From contig OZ024753.1 of the NCBI GenBank assembly GCA_964016885.1, positions 18,476,001 through 18,540,000 of the forward strand: 64,000 nucleotides of DNA, written 5' to 3'. This stretch comes from Eledone cirrhosa (lineage: Eukaryota). Positions 1 through 11,669 of this stretch are shown here, in pieces. A program made the translations under genes and the position numbers. Position 1 is the first letter of the stretch, and each line of letters opens with the position of its first letter. The notes under the pieces are model-generated. The model worked only from the letters and a program-made list of their open reading frames with translations. It did not search any database and was not told the origin of the DNA.

Positions 1-3000
1 AAGAGACTGTCAGCCTTTCTCCCTCTTTCACCAGACTATCAGCCTTTCTCCCTTCTTTCACCAGTCTCTCAGCCTCTCTGCATTCTTTCACCAGAATGTC
101 AGCCTTTCTCCCTTCTTTCACGAGACTGTCAGCCTTTCTCCCTTCTTTCAACAGACTGTCAGCCTCTCTCCCTTCATTCAACAGACTGTCAGCCTTTCTC
201 CCTTCTTTCAACAGACTGTCAGCCTTTCTCGCTTCTTTCAACAGACTGTCAGCCATTCTCCATTTATTCAACAGAATGTCAGCCTTTCACCCTTCTTTCA
301 CCAGACTGTCAGCCATTCTCCCTGCTTTCAACAAACTGTCAGCCTTTCTCCCTTCTTTCAACAGACTGTCAGCCTCTCTCCCTTCTTTCACCAGACTGTC
401 AGCCTTTCACCCTTCTTTCAAGAGACTGCCAACCTTTCTCCCTTCTTTCAACAGACTGTCAGCCTCTCTCCCATCATTCAACAGACTGTCAGCCTTTCTA
501 CCTTCTTTCAACAGACTGTCAGCCTTTCTCGCTTCTTTCAACAGACTGTCAGCCTTTCTCCCTTCTTTCAACAGACTGCCAGCCTTTCTCCCTTCATTCA
601 ACAGACTGTCAGCCTTTCTCCCTGCTTTCAACAGACTGTCAGCCTTTCTCCCTTCTTTCAACAGATTATCAGCCTTTCTCCCTGCTTTCAACAGACTGTC
701 AGCCTTTCTCCCTTCTTTCAACAGACTGTCAGCCTTTCTCCCTTCTTTCACCAGACTGTCAGCCTTTCTCCCTTCTTTCACCAGACTGTCAGCCTTTCTC
801 ACTTCTTTCAACAGACTGTCAGCTTCTCTCCCTTCTTTCACCAGACTGTCAGCCTCTCTCCCTTCTTTCAGCAGACTGTCAGCCTTTATCTGCCTTCTTT
901 CAACAGACTGTCAGCCTTTCACCCTTCTTTCAAGAGACTGCCAACCTTTCTCCCTTCTTTCAACAGACTGTCAGCCTTTCTCCCTGCTTTCAAGAGACTG
1001 TCAGCCTTTCTCGCTGCTTTCAACAGACTGTCAGACTTTCTCCCTGCTTTCAACAGACGGTCAGCCTTTCTTCCTTCTTTCATCAGACTGTCAGCCTTTC
1101 TCCCTTCTTTCACCAGACTGTCAGCCTTTCTCCCTTCATTCAACAGACTGTCAGCCTTTCTCCCATCTTTCACCAGACTGTCAGTCTTTCTCCCTTCTTT
1201 CAAAAGAGTATCAGCTTCTCCCCCTTCTTTCACCAGACTGTCAGCCTCTCTCCCTTCTTTCACCAGACTGTCAGCCTTTCTCCCTTCTTTCAACAGACTG
1301 TCAGCCTTTCTCCCTTCTTTCACCAGACTGTCAGCCTCTCTCCCTTCTTTCACCAGACTGTCAGCCTCGCTCCCTTCTTTCAACAGACTGTCAGCCTTTC
1401 TCCCTTCTTTCAACAGACTGTCAGCCTTTCTCCCTTCTTTCACCAGACTGTCAGCCATTCTCCCTGCTTTCAACAGACTGTCAGCCTTTCTCCCTTCTTT
1501 CAACAGACTCTCAGCCTTTCCCCCTTCTTTCAACAGACTGTCAGCCTTTCTCCCTTCTTTCAACAGACTGTCAGCCTTTCTCCCTTCTTTCAACAGTCTG
1601 TAAGCCTCTCTCCCTTCTTTCACCAGACTCTTAGCCTTTCTCCCTGCTTTCAACAGACTGTCAGCCTTTCTCCCTGCTTTCAACAGACTGTCAGCTTTTC
1701 TCCCTTCTTTCAACAGACTGTCAGCCATTCTACCTGCTTTCAACAGACTGTCAGCCTTTCTCTCTTCTTTCACCAGACTGTCAGCCTCTCTCCCTTCTTT
1801 CACCAGACTGTCAGCCTTTCTCCCTTCTTTCAACAGACTGTCAGCCATTCTACCTGCTTTCAACAGACTGTAAACCTTTCTCCCTTCTTTCAACAGACTG
1901 TCAGCCTCTCTCCCTTCTTTCAACAGACTGTCAGCCTTTCTCCCTTCTTTCAACAGACTGTCAGCCTTTCTCCCTTCTTTCAACAGTCTGTAAGCCTCTC
2001 TCCCTTCTTTCACCAGACTCTCAGCCTTTCTCCCTGCTTTCAACAGACTGTCAGCCTTTCTCCCTGCTTTCAACAGACTGTCAGCTTTTCTCCCTTCTTT
2101 CAACAGACTGTCAGCCATTCTACCTGCTTTCAACAGACTGTCAGCCTTTCTCTCTTCTTTCACCAGACTGTCAGCCTCTCTCCCTTCTTTCACCAGACTG
2201 TCAGCCTTTCTCCCTTCTTTCAACAGACTGTCAGCCATTCTACCTGCTTTCAACAGACTGTAAGCCTTTCTCCCTTCTTTCAACAGACTGTCAGCCTCTC
2301 TCCCTTCTTTCACCAGACTGTCAGCCTCTCTCCCTTATTTCAACAGACTGTCAGCCTTTCTCCCTTCTTTTAACAGACTGTCAGCCTTTCTCCCTTCTTC
2401 CACCAGACTGTCAGCCTCTCTCCCTTATTTCAACAGACTGTCAGCCTTTCTCCCTTCTTTCAAGAGACTGTCAGCCTTTCTCCCTTCTTTCACCAGACTA
2501 TCAGCCTTTCTCCCTTCTTTCACCAGTCTGTCAGCCTCTCTGCATTCTTTCACCAGAATGTCAGCCTTTCTCCCTTCTTTCACGAGACTGTCAGCCTTTC
2601 TCCCTTCTTTCAACAGACTGTCAGCCTCTCTCCCTTCATTCAACAGACTGTCAGCCTTTCTCCCTTCTTTCAACAGACTGTCAGCCTCTCTCCCTTCATT
2701 CAACAGACTGTCAGCCTTTCTCCCTTCTTTCAACAGACTGTCAGCCTTTCTCGCTTCTTTCAACAGACTGTCAGCCATTCTCCATTTATTCAACAGAATG
2801 TCAGCCTTTCACCCTTCTTTCACCAGACTGTCAGCCATTCTCCCTGCTTTCAACAAACTGTCAGCCTTTCTCCCTTCTTTCAACAGACTATCAGCCTCTC
2901 TCCCTTCTTTCAGCAGACTGTCAGCCTTTCACCCTTCTTTCAAGAGACTGCCAACCTTTCTCCCTTCTTTCAACAGACTGTCAGCCTCTCTCCCATCATT

Positions 3001-6000
3001 CAACAGACTGTCAGCCTTTCTCCCTTCTTTCAACAGACTGCCAGCCTTTCTCCCTTCATTCAACAGACTGTCAGCCTTTCTCCCTGCTTTCAACAGACTG
3101 TCAGCCTTTCTCCCTTCTTTCAACAGATTATCAGCCTTTCTCCCTGCTTTCAACAGACTGTCAGCCTTTCTCCCTTCTTTCAACAGACTGTCAGCCTCTC
3201 TCCCTTCTTTCAACAGACTGTCAGACTTTCTCCCTTCTTTCAACAGACTGCCAGCCTTTCTCCCTTCTTTCAACAGACTGTCATCCTTTTCCCTTCTTTC
3301 ACCAGACTGTCAGCCTCTCTCCCTTCTTTCACCAGACTGTCAGCTTTTCTCACTTCTTTCAAAATACTGTCATCTTTTAACCCTTCTTTCAACAGACTGT
3401 CAGCTTCTCTGCCTTCTTTCACCAGACTGTCAGCCTCTCTCCCTTCTTTCAACAGACTGTCAGACTTTCTCCCTTCTTTCAACAGACTGCCAGCCTTTCT
3501 CCCTTCTTTCAACAGACTGTCAGCCTTTCTCCCTTCTTTCAACATACTGTCATCCTTTCTCCCTTCTTTCACCAGACTGTCAGCCTCTCTCCCTTCTTTC
3601 ACCAGACTGTCAGCCTTTCTCACTTCTTTCAAAATACTGTCATCTTTTATCCCTTCTTTCAACAGACTGTCAGCTTCTCTGCCTTCTTTCACCAGACTGT
3701 CAGCCTCTCTCCCTTCTTTCAACAGACTGTCAGCCTTTCTCCCTTCTTTCACCAGACTGTCAGCCTTTCTCCCTTCTTTCAACAGACTGTCAGCCTTTCT
3801 CCCTTCTTTCAACAGACTTTCAGCCCTTTTCCATTCTTTCACCAGACTGTCAGCCTCTCTCCCTTCTTTCAACAGACTGTCAGCCTTTCTCCCTTCTTTC
3901 AACAGACTGTCAGACTTTCTCCCTTCTTTCAACAGACTGCCAGCCTTTCTCCCTTCTTTCAACAGACTGAAAGCCTCTCTCCCTTCTTTCAACAGACCGT
4001 CAGCCTCTCTCCTTCTTTCAACAGACTGTCAGCCTTTCTCGCTTCTTTCAACAGACTGTCAGCCTCTCTCCCTTCTTTCAACAGACTGTTAGCCTCTCTC
4101 CCTTCTTTCAACAGACTTTCAGCCTTTCTCCCTTCTTTCAACAGACTGTCAGCCTCTCTCCCTTCTTTCACCAGACTGTCAGCCTCTCTCTCTTATTTCA
4201 ACAAACTGTCAGACTTTTTCCCTTCTTTCACCAGACTGTCAGCCTCTCTCCCTTATTTCAACAGACTGTCAGCCTTTCTCCCTTCTTTCAACAGACTGTC
4301 AGCCTTTCTCCCTTCTTTCACCAGACTGTCAGCCTCTCTCCCTTATTTCAACAGACTGTCAGCCTTTCTCCCTTCTTTCAAGAGACTGTCAGCCTTTCTC
4401 CCTCTTTCACCAGACTATCAGCCTTTCTCCCTTCTTTCACCAGTCTCTCAGCCTCTCTGCATTCTTTCACCAGAATGTCAGCCTTTCTCCCTTCTTTCAC
4501 GAGACTGTCAGCCTTTCTCCCTTCTTTCAACAGACTGTCAGCCTCTCTCCCTTCATTCAACAGACTGTCAGCCTTTCTCCCTTCTTTCAACAGACTGTCA
4601 GCCTTTCTCGCTTCTTTCAACAGACTGTCAGCCATTCTCCATTTATTCAACAGAATGTCAGCCTTTCACCCTTCTTTCACCAGACTGTCAGCCATTCTCC
4701 CTGCTTTCAACAAACTGTCAGCCTTTCTCCCTTCTTTCAACAGACTGTCAGCCTCTCTCCCTTCTTTCACCAGACTGTCAGCCTTTCACCCTTCTTTCAA
4801 GAGACTGCCAACCTTTCTCCCTTCTTTCAACAGACTGTCAGCCTCTCTCCCATCATTCAACAGACTGTCAGCCTTTCTACCTTCTTTCAACAGACTGTCA
4901 GCCTTTCTCGCTTCTTTCAACAGACTGTCAGCCTTTCTCCCTTCTTTCAACAGACTGCCAGCCTTTCTCCCTTCATTCAACAGACTGTCAGCCTTTCTCC
5001 CTGCTTTCAACAGACTGTCAGCCTTTCTCCCTTCTTTCAACAGATTATCAGCCTTTCTCCCTGCTTTCAACAGACTGTCAGCCTTTCTCCCTTCTTTCAA
5101 CAGACTGTCAGCCTTTCTCCCTTCTTTCACCAGACTGTCAGCCTTTCTCCCTTCTTTCACCAGACTGTCAGCCTTTCTCACTTCTTTCAACAGACTGTCA
5201 GCTTCTCTCCCTTCTTTCACCAGACTGTCAGCCTCTCTCCCTTCTTTCAGCAGACTGTCAGCCTTTATCTGCCTTCTTTCAACAGACTGTCAGCCTTTCA
5301 CCCTTCTTTCAAGAGACTGCCAACCTTTCTCCCTTCTTTCAACAGACTGTCAGCCTTTCTCCCTGCTTTCAAGAGACTGTCAGCCTTTCTCGCTGCTTTC
5401 AACAGACTGTCAGACTTTCTCCCTGCTTTCAACAGACGGTCAGCCTTTCTTCCTTCTTTCATCAGACTGTCAGCCTTTCTCCCTTCTTTCACCAGACTGT
5501 CAGCCTTTCTCCCTTCATTCAACAGACTGTCAGCCTTTCTCCCATCTTTCACCAGACTGTCAGTCTTTCTCCCTTCTTTCAAAAGAGTATCAGCTTCTCC
5601 CCCTTCTTTCACCAGACTGTCAGCCTCTCTCCCTTCTTTCACCAGACTGTCAGCCTTTCTCCCTTCTTTCAACAGACTGTCAGCCTTTCTCCCTTCTTTC
5701 ACCAGACTGTCAGCCTCTCTCCCTTCTTTCACCAGACTGTCAGCCTCGCTCCCTTCTTTCAACAGACTGTCAGCCTTTCTCCCTTCTTTCAACAGACTGT
5801 CAGCCTTTCTCCCTTCTTTCACCAGACTGTCAGCCATTCTCCCTGCTTTCAACAGACTGTCAGCCTTTCTCCCTTCTTTCAACAGACTCTCAGCCTTTCC
5901 CCCTTCTTTCAACAGACTGTCAGCCTTTCTCCCTTCTTTCAACAGACTGTCAGCCTTTCTCCCTTCTTTCAACAGTCTGTAAGCCTCTCTCCCTTCTTTC

Positions 6001-7740
6001 ACCAGACTCTTAGCCTTTCTCCCTGCTTTCAACAGACTGTCAGCCTTTCTCCCTGCTTTCAACAGACTGTCAGCTTTTCTCCCTTCTTTCAACAGACTGT
6101 CAGCCATTCTACCTGCTTTCAACAGACTGTCAGCCTTTCTCTCTTCTTTCACCAGACTGTCAGCCTCTCTCCCTTCTTTCACCAGACTGTCAGCCTTTCT
6201 CCCTTCTTTCAACAGACTGTCAGCCATTCTACCTGCTTTCAACAGACTGTAAACCTTTCTCCCTTCTTTCAACAGACTGTCAGCCTCTCTCCCTTCTTTC
6301 ACCAGACTGTCAGCCTCTCTCCCTTATTTCAACAGACTGTCAGCCTTTCTCCCTTCTTTTAACAGACTGTCAGCCTTTCTCCCTTCTTCCACCAGACTGT
6401 CAGCCTCTCTCCCTTATTTCAACAGACTGTCAGCCTTTCTCCCTTCTTTCAAGAGACTGTCAGCCTTTCTCCCTTCTTTCACCAGACTATCAGCCTTTCT
6501 CCCTTCTTTCACCAGTCTGTCAGCCTCTCTGCATTCTTTCACCAGAATGTCAGCCTTTCTCCCTTCTTTCACGAGACTGTCAGCCTTTCTCCCTTCTTTC
6601 AACAGACTGTCAGCCTCTCTCCCTTCATTCAACAGACTGTCAGCCTTTCTCCCTTCTTTCAACAGACTGTCAGCCTCTCTCCCTTCATTCAACAGACTGT
6701 CAGCCTTTCTCCCTTCTTTCAACAGACTGTCAGCCTTTCTCGCTTCTTTCAACAGACTGTCAGCCATTCTCCATTTATTCAACAGAATGTCAGCCTTTCA
6801 CCCTTCTTTCACCAGACTGTCAGCCATTCTCCCTGCTTTCAACAAACTGTCAGCCTTTCTCCCTTCTTTCAACAGACTATCAGCCTCTCTCCCTTCTTTC
6901 AGCAGACTCTCAGCCTTTCACCCTTCTTTCAAGAGACTGCCAACCTTTCTCCCTTCTTTCAACAGACTGTCAGCCTCTCTCCCATCATTCAACAGACTGT
7001 CAGCCTTTCTCCCTTCTTTCAACAGACTGCCAGCCTTTCTCCCTTCATTCAACAGACTGTCAGCCTTTCTCCCTGCTTTCAACAGACTGTCAGCCTTTCT
7101 CCCTTCTTTCAACAGATTATCAGCCTTTCTCCCTGCTTTCAACAGACTGTCAGCCTTTCTCCCTTCTTTCAACAGACTGTCAGCCTCTCTCCCTTCTTTC
7201 AACAGACTGTCAGACTTTCTCCCTTCTTTCAACAGACTGCCAGCCTTTCTCCCTTCTTTCAACAGACTGTCATCCTTTTCCCTTCTTTCACCAGACTGTC
7301 AGCCTCTCTCCCTTCTTTCACCAGACTGTCAGCCTTTCTCACTTCTTTCAAAATACTGTCATCTTTTAACCCTTCTTTCAACAGACTGTCAGCTTCTCTG
7401 CCTTCTTTCACCAGACTGTCAGCCTCTCTCCCTTCTTTCAACAGACTGTCAGCCTTTCTCCCTTCTTTCACCAGACTGTCAGCCTTTCTCCCTTCTTTCA
7501 ACAGACTGTCAGCCTTTCTCCCTTCTTTCAACAGACTTTCAGCCCTTTTCCATTCTTTCACCAGACTGTCAGCCTCTCTCCCTTCTTTCACCAGACTGTC
7601 AGCCTTTCTCCCTTCTTTCAACAGACTGTCAGACTTTCTCCCTTCTTTCAACAGACTGCCAGCCTTTCTCCCTTCTTTCAACAGACTGAAAGCCTCTCTC
7701 CCTTCTTTCAACAGACCGTCAGCCTCTCTCCTTCTTTCAA
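1..7740. repeat. Higher-order repeat, 4,379-bp unit (146 monomers, net -1 bp); second copy shorter by 390 and 270 bp
   Basis: Identical translated tracks at 96/4475, 407/4786 and 919/5298 (offset 4,379). The offset drops to 3,989 (2558/6547) and then 3,719 (3992/7711), i.e. by 13 and then 9 whole monomers. Confidence 0.9.
1560..2310. repeat. Local 390-bp (13-monomer) tandem duplication
   Basis: The marker caacagtctgtaagcc occurs at 1591 and 1981, and the following variants (tacctgct, tctcttct) recur at +390. Only one copy is present in the homologous block at about 5970-6300. Confidence 0.88.
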
Positions 7741-10700
7741 CAGACTATCTGCCTTTCTCCCTTCTTTCACCAGACTGTCAGCCTTTCTCGCTTCTTTCAA
7801 CAGACTGTCAGCCTCTCTCCCTTCTTTCAACAGACTGTCAGCCTTTCTCCCTTCTTTCAACAGACTGTCAGCCTTTCTCCCTTCTTTCACCAGACTGTCA
7901 GCCTTTCTCCCTTCTTTCAACAGACTGTCAGCTTCTCTCCCTTCTTTCAACAGACTGTCAGCCTTTCTCACTTCTTTCAAAATACTGTCATCTTTTATCC
8001 CTTCTTTCAACAGACTGTCAGCTTCTCTCCCTTCTTTCACCAGACTGTCAGCCTCTCTCCGTTTTTCACCAGACTGTCAGCCTCTCTCACTTCTTTCAAC
8101 AGACTGTAAGACTTTCTCCCTTCTTTCAACAGACTGTCAGCCGTTCTCCCTTCTTTCAACAGACTGTCAGCCTTTCTCCCTTCTTTCAACAGACTGTCAG
8201 CTTCTCTCCTTTCTTTCACCAGACTTTCAGCCTTTCTCCCTTCTTTCAACAGAGTGTCAGCCTCTCTCCCTTCTTTCAACATACTGTCAGCCTTTCTCCC
8301 TTCTTTCACCAGACTGTCAGCCTTTCTCCCTTCTTTCAACAGACTGAAAGCCTCTCTCCCTTCTTTCAACAGACTGTCAGCCTCTCTCCTTCTTTCAACA
8401 AACTGTCAGCCTCTCTCCCTTCTTTCAACAGACTGTCAGCCTTTCTCCTTTCTTTCAACAGACTATCTGCCATTCTCCCTTCTTTCACCAGACTGTCAGC
8501 CTTTCTCGCTTCTTTCAACAGACTGTCAGCCTCTCTCCCTTCCTTCAACAGACTGTTAGCCTCTCTCCCTTCTTTCAACAGACTGTCAGACTTTCTCCCT
8601 TCTTTCAACAGACTGACAGCCTTTCTCCCTTCTTTCAACAGACTGTCAGCCTCTCTCCCTTCTTTCACCAGACTGTCAGCCTCTCTCTCTTATTTCAACA
8701 AACTGTCAGACTTTTTCCCTTCTTTCACCAGACTGTCAGCCTCTCTCCCTTATTTCAACAGACTGTCAGCCTTTCTCCCTTCTTTCAACAGACTGTCAGC
8801 CTTTCTCCCTTCTTTCACCAGACTGTCAGCCTCTCTCCCTTATTTCAACAGACTGTCAGCCTTTCTCCCTTCTTTCAAGAGACTGTCAGCCTTTCTCCCT
8901 TCTTTCACCAGACTATCAGCCTTTCTCCCTTCTTTCACCAGTCTGTCAGCCTCTCTGCATTCTTTCACCAGAATTTCAGCCTTTCTCCCTTCTTTCACGA
9001 GACTGTCAGCCTTTCTCCCTTCTTTCAACAGACTGTCAGCCTCTCTCCCTTCATTCAACAGACTGTCAGCCTTTCTCCCTTCTTTCAACAGACTGTCAGC
9101 CTTTCTCGCTTCTTTCAACAGACTGTCAGCCATTCTCCATTTATTCAACAGAATGTCAGCCTTTCACCCTTCTTTCACCAGACTGTCAGCCATTCTCCCT
9201 GCTTTCAACAAACTGTCAGCCTTTCTCCCTTCTTTCAACAGACTGTCAGCCTCTCTCCCTTCTTTCAGCAGACTGTCAGCCTTTCACCCTTCTTTCAAGA
9301 GACTGCCAACCTTTCTCCCTTCTTTCAACAGACTGTCAGCCTCTCTCCCATCATTCAACAGACTGTCAGCCTTTCTACCTTCTTTCAACAGACTGTCAGC
9401 CTTTCTCGCTTCTTTCAACAGACTGTCAGCCTTTCTCCCTTCTTTCAACAGACTGCCAGCCTTTCTCCCTTCATTCAACAGACTGTCAGCCTTTCTCCCT
9501 GATTTCAACAGACTGTCAGCCTTTCTCCCTTCTTTCAACAGATTATCAGCCTTTCTCCCTGCTTTCAACAGACTGTCAGCCTTTCTCCCTTCTTTCAACA
9601 GACTGTCAGCCTTTCTCCCTTCTTTCACCAGACTGTCAGCCTTTCTCCCTTCTTTCACCAGACTGTCAGCCTTTCTCACTTCTTTCAACAGACTGTCAGC
9701 TTCTCTCCCTTCTTTCACCAGACTGTCAGCCTCTCTACCTTCTTTCACCAGACTGTCAGCCTTTCTCCCTTCTTTCAACAGACTGTCAGCCTCTCTCCCT
9801 TCTTTCAACAGACTGTCAGACTTTCTCCCTTCTTTCAACAGACTGCCAGCCTTTCTCCCTTCTTTCAACAGACTGTCAGCCTTTCTCCCTTCTTTCAACA
9901 GACTGTCATCCTTTCTCCCTTCTTTCACCAGACTGTCAGCCTCTCTCCCTTCTTTCACCAGACTGTCAGCCTTTCTCCCTTCTTTCACCAGACTGTCAGC
10001 CTTTCTCACTTCTTTCAAAATACTGTCATCATTTATCCCTTCTTTCAACAGACTGTCAGCTTCTCTGCCTTCTTTCACCAGACTGTCAGCCTCTCTCCCT
10101 TCTTTCAACAGACTGTCAGCCTTTCTCCCTTCTTTCACCAGACTGTCAGCCTTTCTCCCTTCTTTCAACAGACTGTCAGCCTTTCTCCCTTCTTTCAACA
10201 GACTTTCAGCCCTTTTCCATTCTTTCACCAGACTGTCAGCCTCTCTCCCTTCTTTCACCAGACTGTCAGCCTTTCACCCTTCTTTCAACAGACTGTCAGA
10301 CTTTCTCCCTTCTTTCAACAGACTGAAAGCCTCTCTCCCTTCTTTCAACAGACCGTCAGCCTCTCTCCTTCTTTCAACAGACTGTCAGCCTTTCTCCCTT
10401 CTTTCAACAGACTTTCAGCCCTTTTCCATTCTTTCACCAGACTGTCAGCCTCTCTCCCTTCTTTCACCAGACTGTCAGCCTTTCACCCTTCTTTCACCAG
10501 ACTGTCAGCCTTTCTCCCTTCTTTCAACAGACTGTCAGCCTCTCTCCCTTCTTTCAACAGACTGTCAGACTTTCTCCCTTCTTTCAACAGACTGCCAGCC
10601 TTTCTCCCTTCTTTCAACAGACTGTCAGCCTTTCTCCCTTCTTTCAACAGACTGTCATCCTTTCTCCCTTCTTTCACCAGACTGTCAGCCTCTCTCCCTT

Positions 10701-11669
10701 CTTTCAACAGACTTTCAGCCCTTTTCCATTCTTTCACCAGACTGTCAGCCTTTGTCCCTTCTTTCAACAAACTGTCAGCCTTTCTCCCTTCTTTCAACAG
10801 ACTGTCAGCCTCTCTCCCTTCTTTCAGCAGACTGTCAGCCTTTATCTCCCTTCTTTCACCAGACTGTCAGCCTTTCACCCTTCTTTCAACAGACTGTCAG
10901 ACTTTCTCCCTTCTTTCAACAGACTGAAAGCCTCTCTCCCTTCTTTCAACAGACCGTCAGCCTCTCTCCTTCTTTCAACAGACTATCTGCCTTTCTCCCT
11001 TCTTTCACCAGACTGTCAGCCTTTCTCGCTTCTTTCAACAGACTGTCAGCCTCTCTCCCTTCTTTCAACAGACTGTTAGCCTCTCTCCCTTCTTTCAACA
11101 GACTTTCAGCCTTTCTCCCTTCTTTCAACAGACTGTCAGCCTCTCTCCCTTCTTTCACCAGACTGTCAGCCTCTCTCTCTTATTTCAACAGACTGTCAGA
11201 CTTTCTTCCTTCTTTCACCAGACTGTCAGCCTCTCTCCCTTCTTTCAACAGACTGTCAGCCTTTCTCCCTTCTTTCACCAGACTGTCAGCCTTTGTCCCT
11301 TCTTTCAACAGACTGTCAGACTTTCTCCCTTCTTTCACCAGACTGTCAGCCTCTCTCCCTTCTTTCAACAGACTGTCAGCCTTTCTCCCTTCTTTCAACA
11401 GACTTTCAGCCCTTTTCCATTCTTTCACCAGACTGTCAGCCTTTGTCCCTTCTTTCAACAAACTGTCAGCCTTTCTCCCTTCTTTCACCAGACTGTCAGC
11501 CTCTCTCCCTTCTTTCACCAGACTGTCAGCCTTTCACCCTTCATTCAACAGACTGCCAGCCTTTCTCCCTTCTTTCAACAGACTGAAAGCCTCTCTCCCT
11601 TCTTTCAACAGACCGTCAGCCTCTCTCCTTCTTTCAACAGACTATCTGCCTTTCTCCCTTCTTTCACCA

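Noticed and set aside
1595-1610. GTAAG variant monomers as 5' splice donors defining 30n-bp exons
   Set aside because: A single C-to-A change in GTCAG creates this motif, the exonic context (CT before GT) is poor, and nothing indicates it is used.
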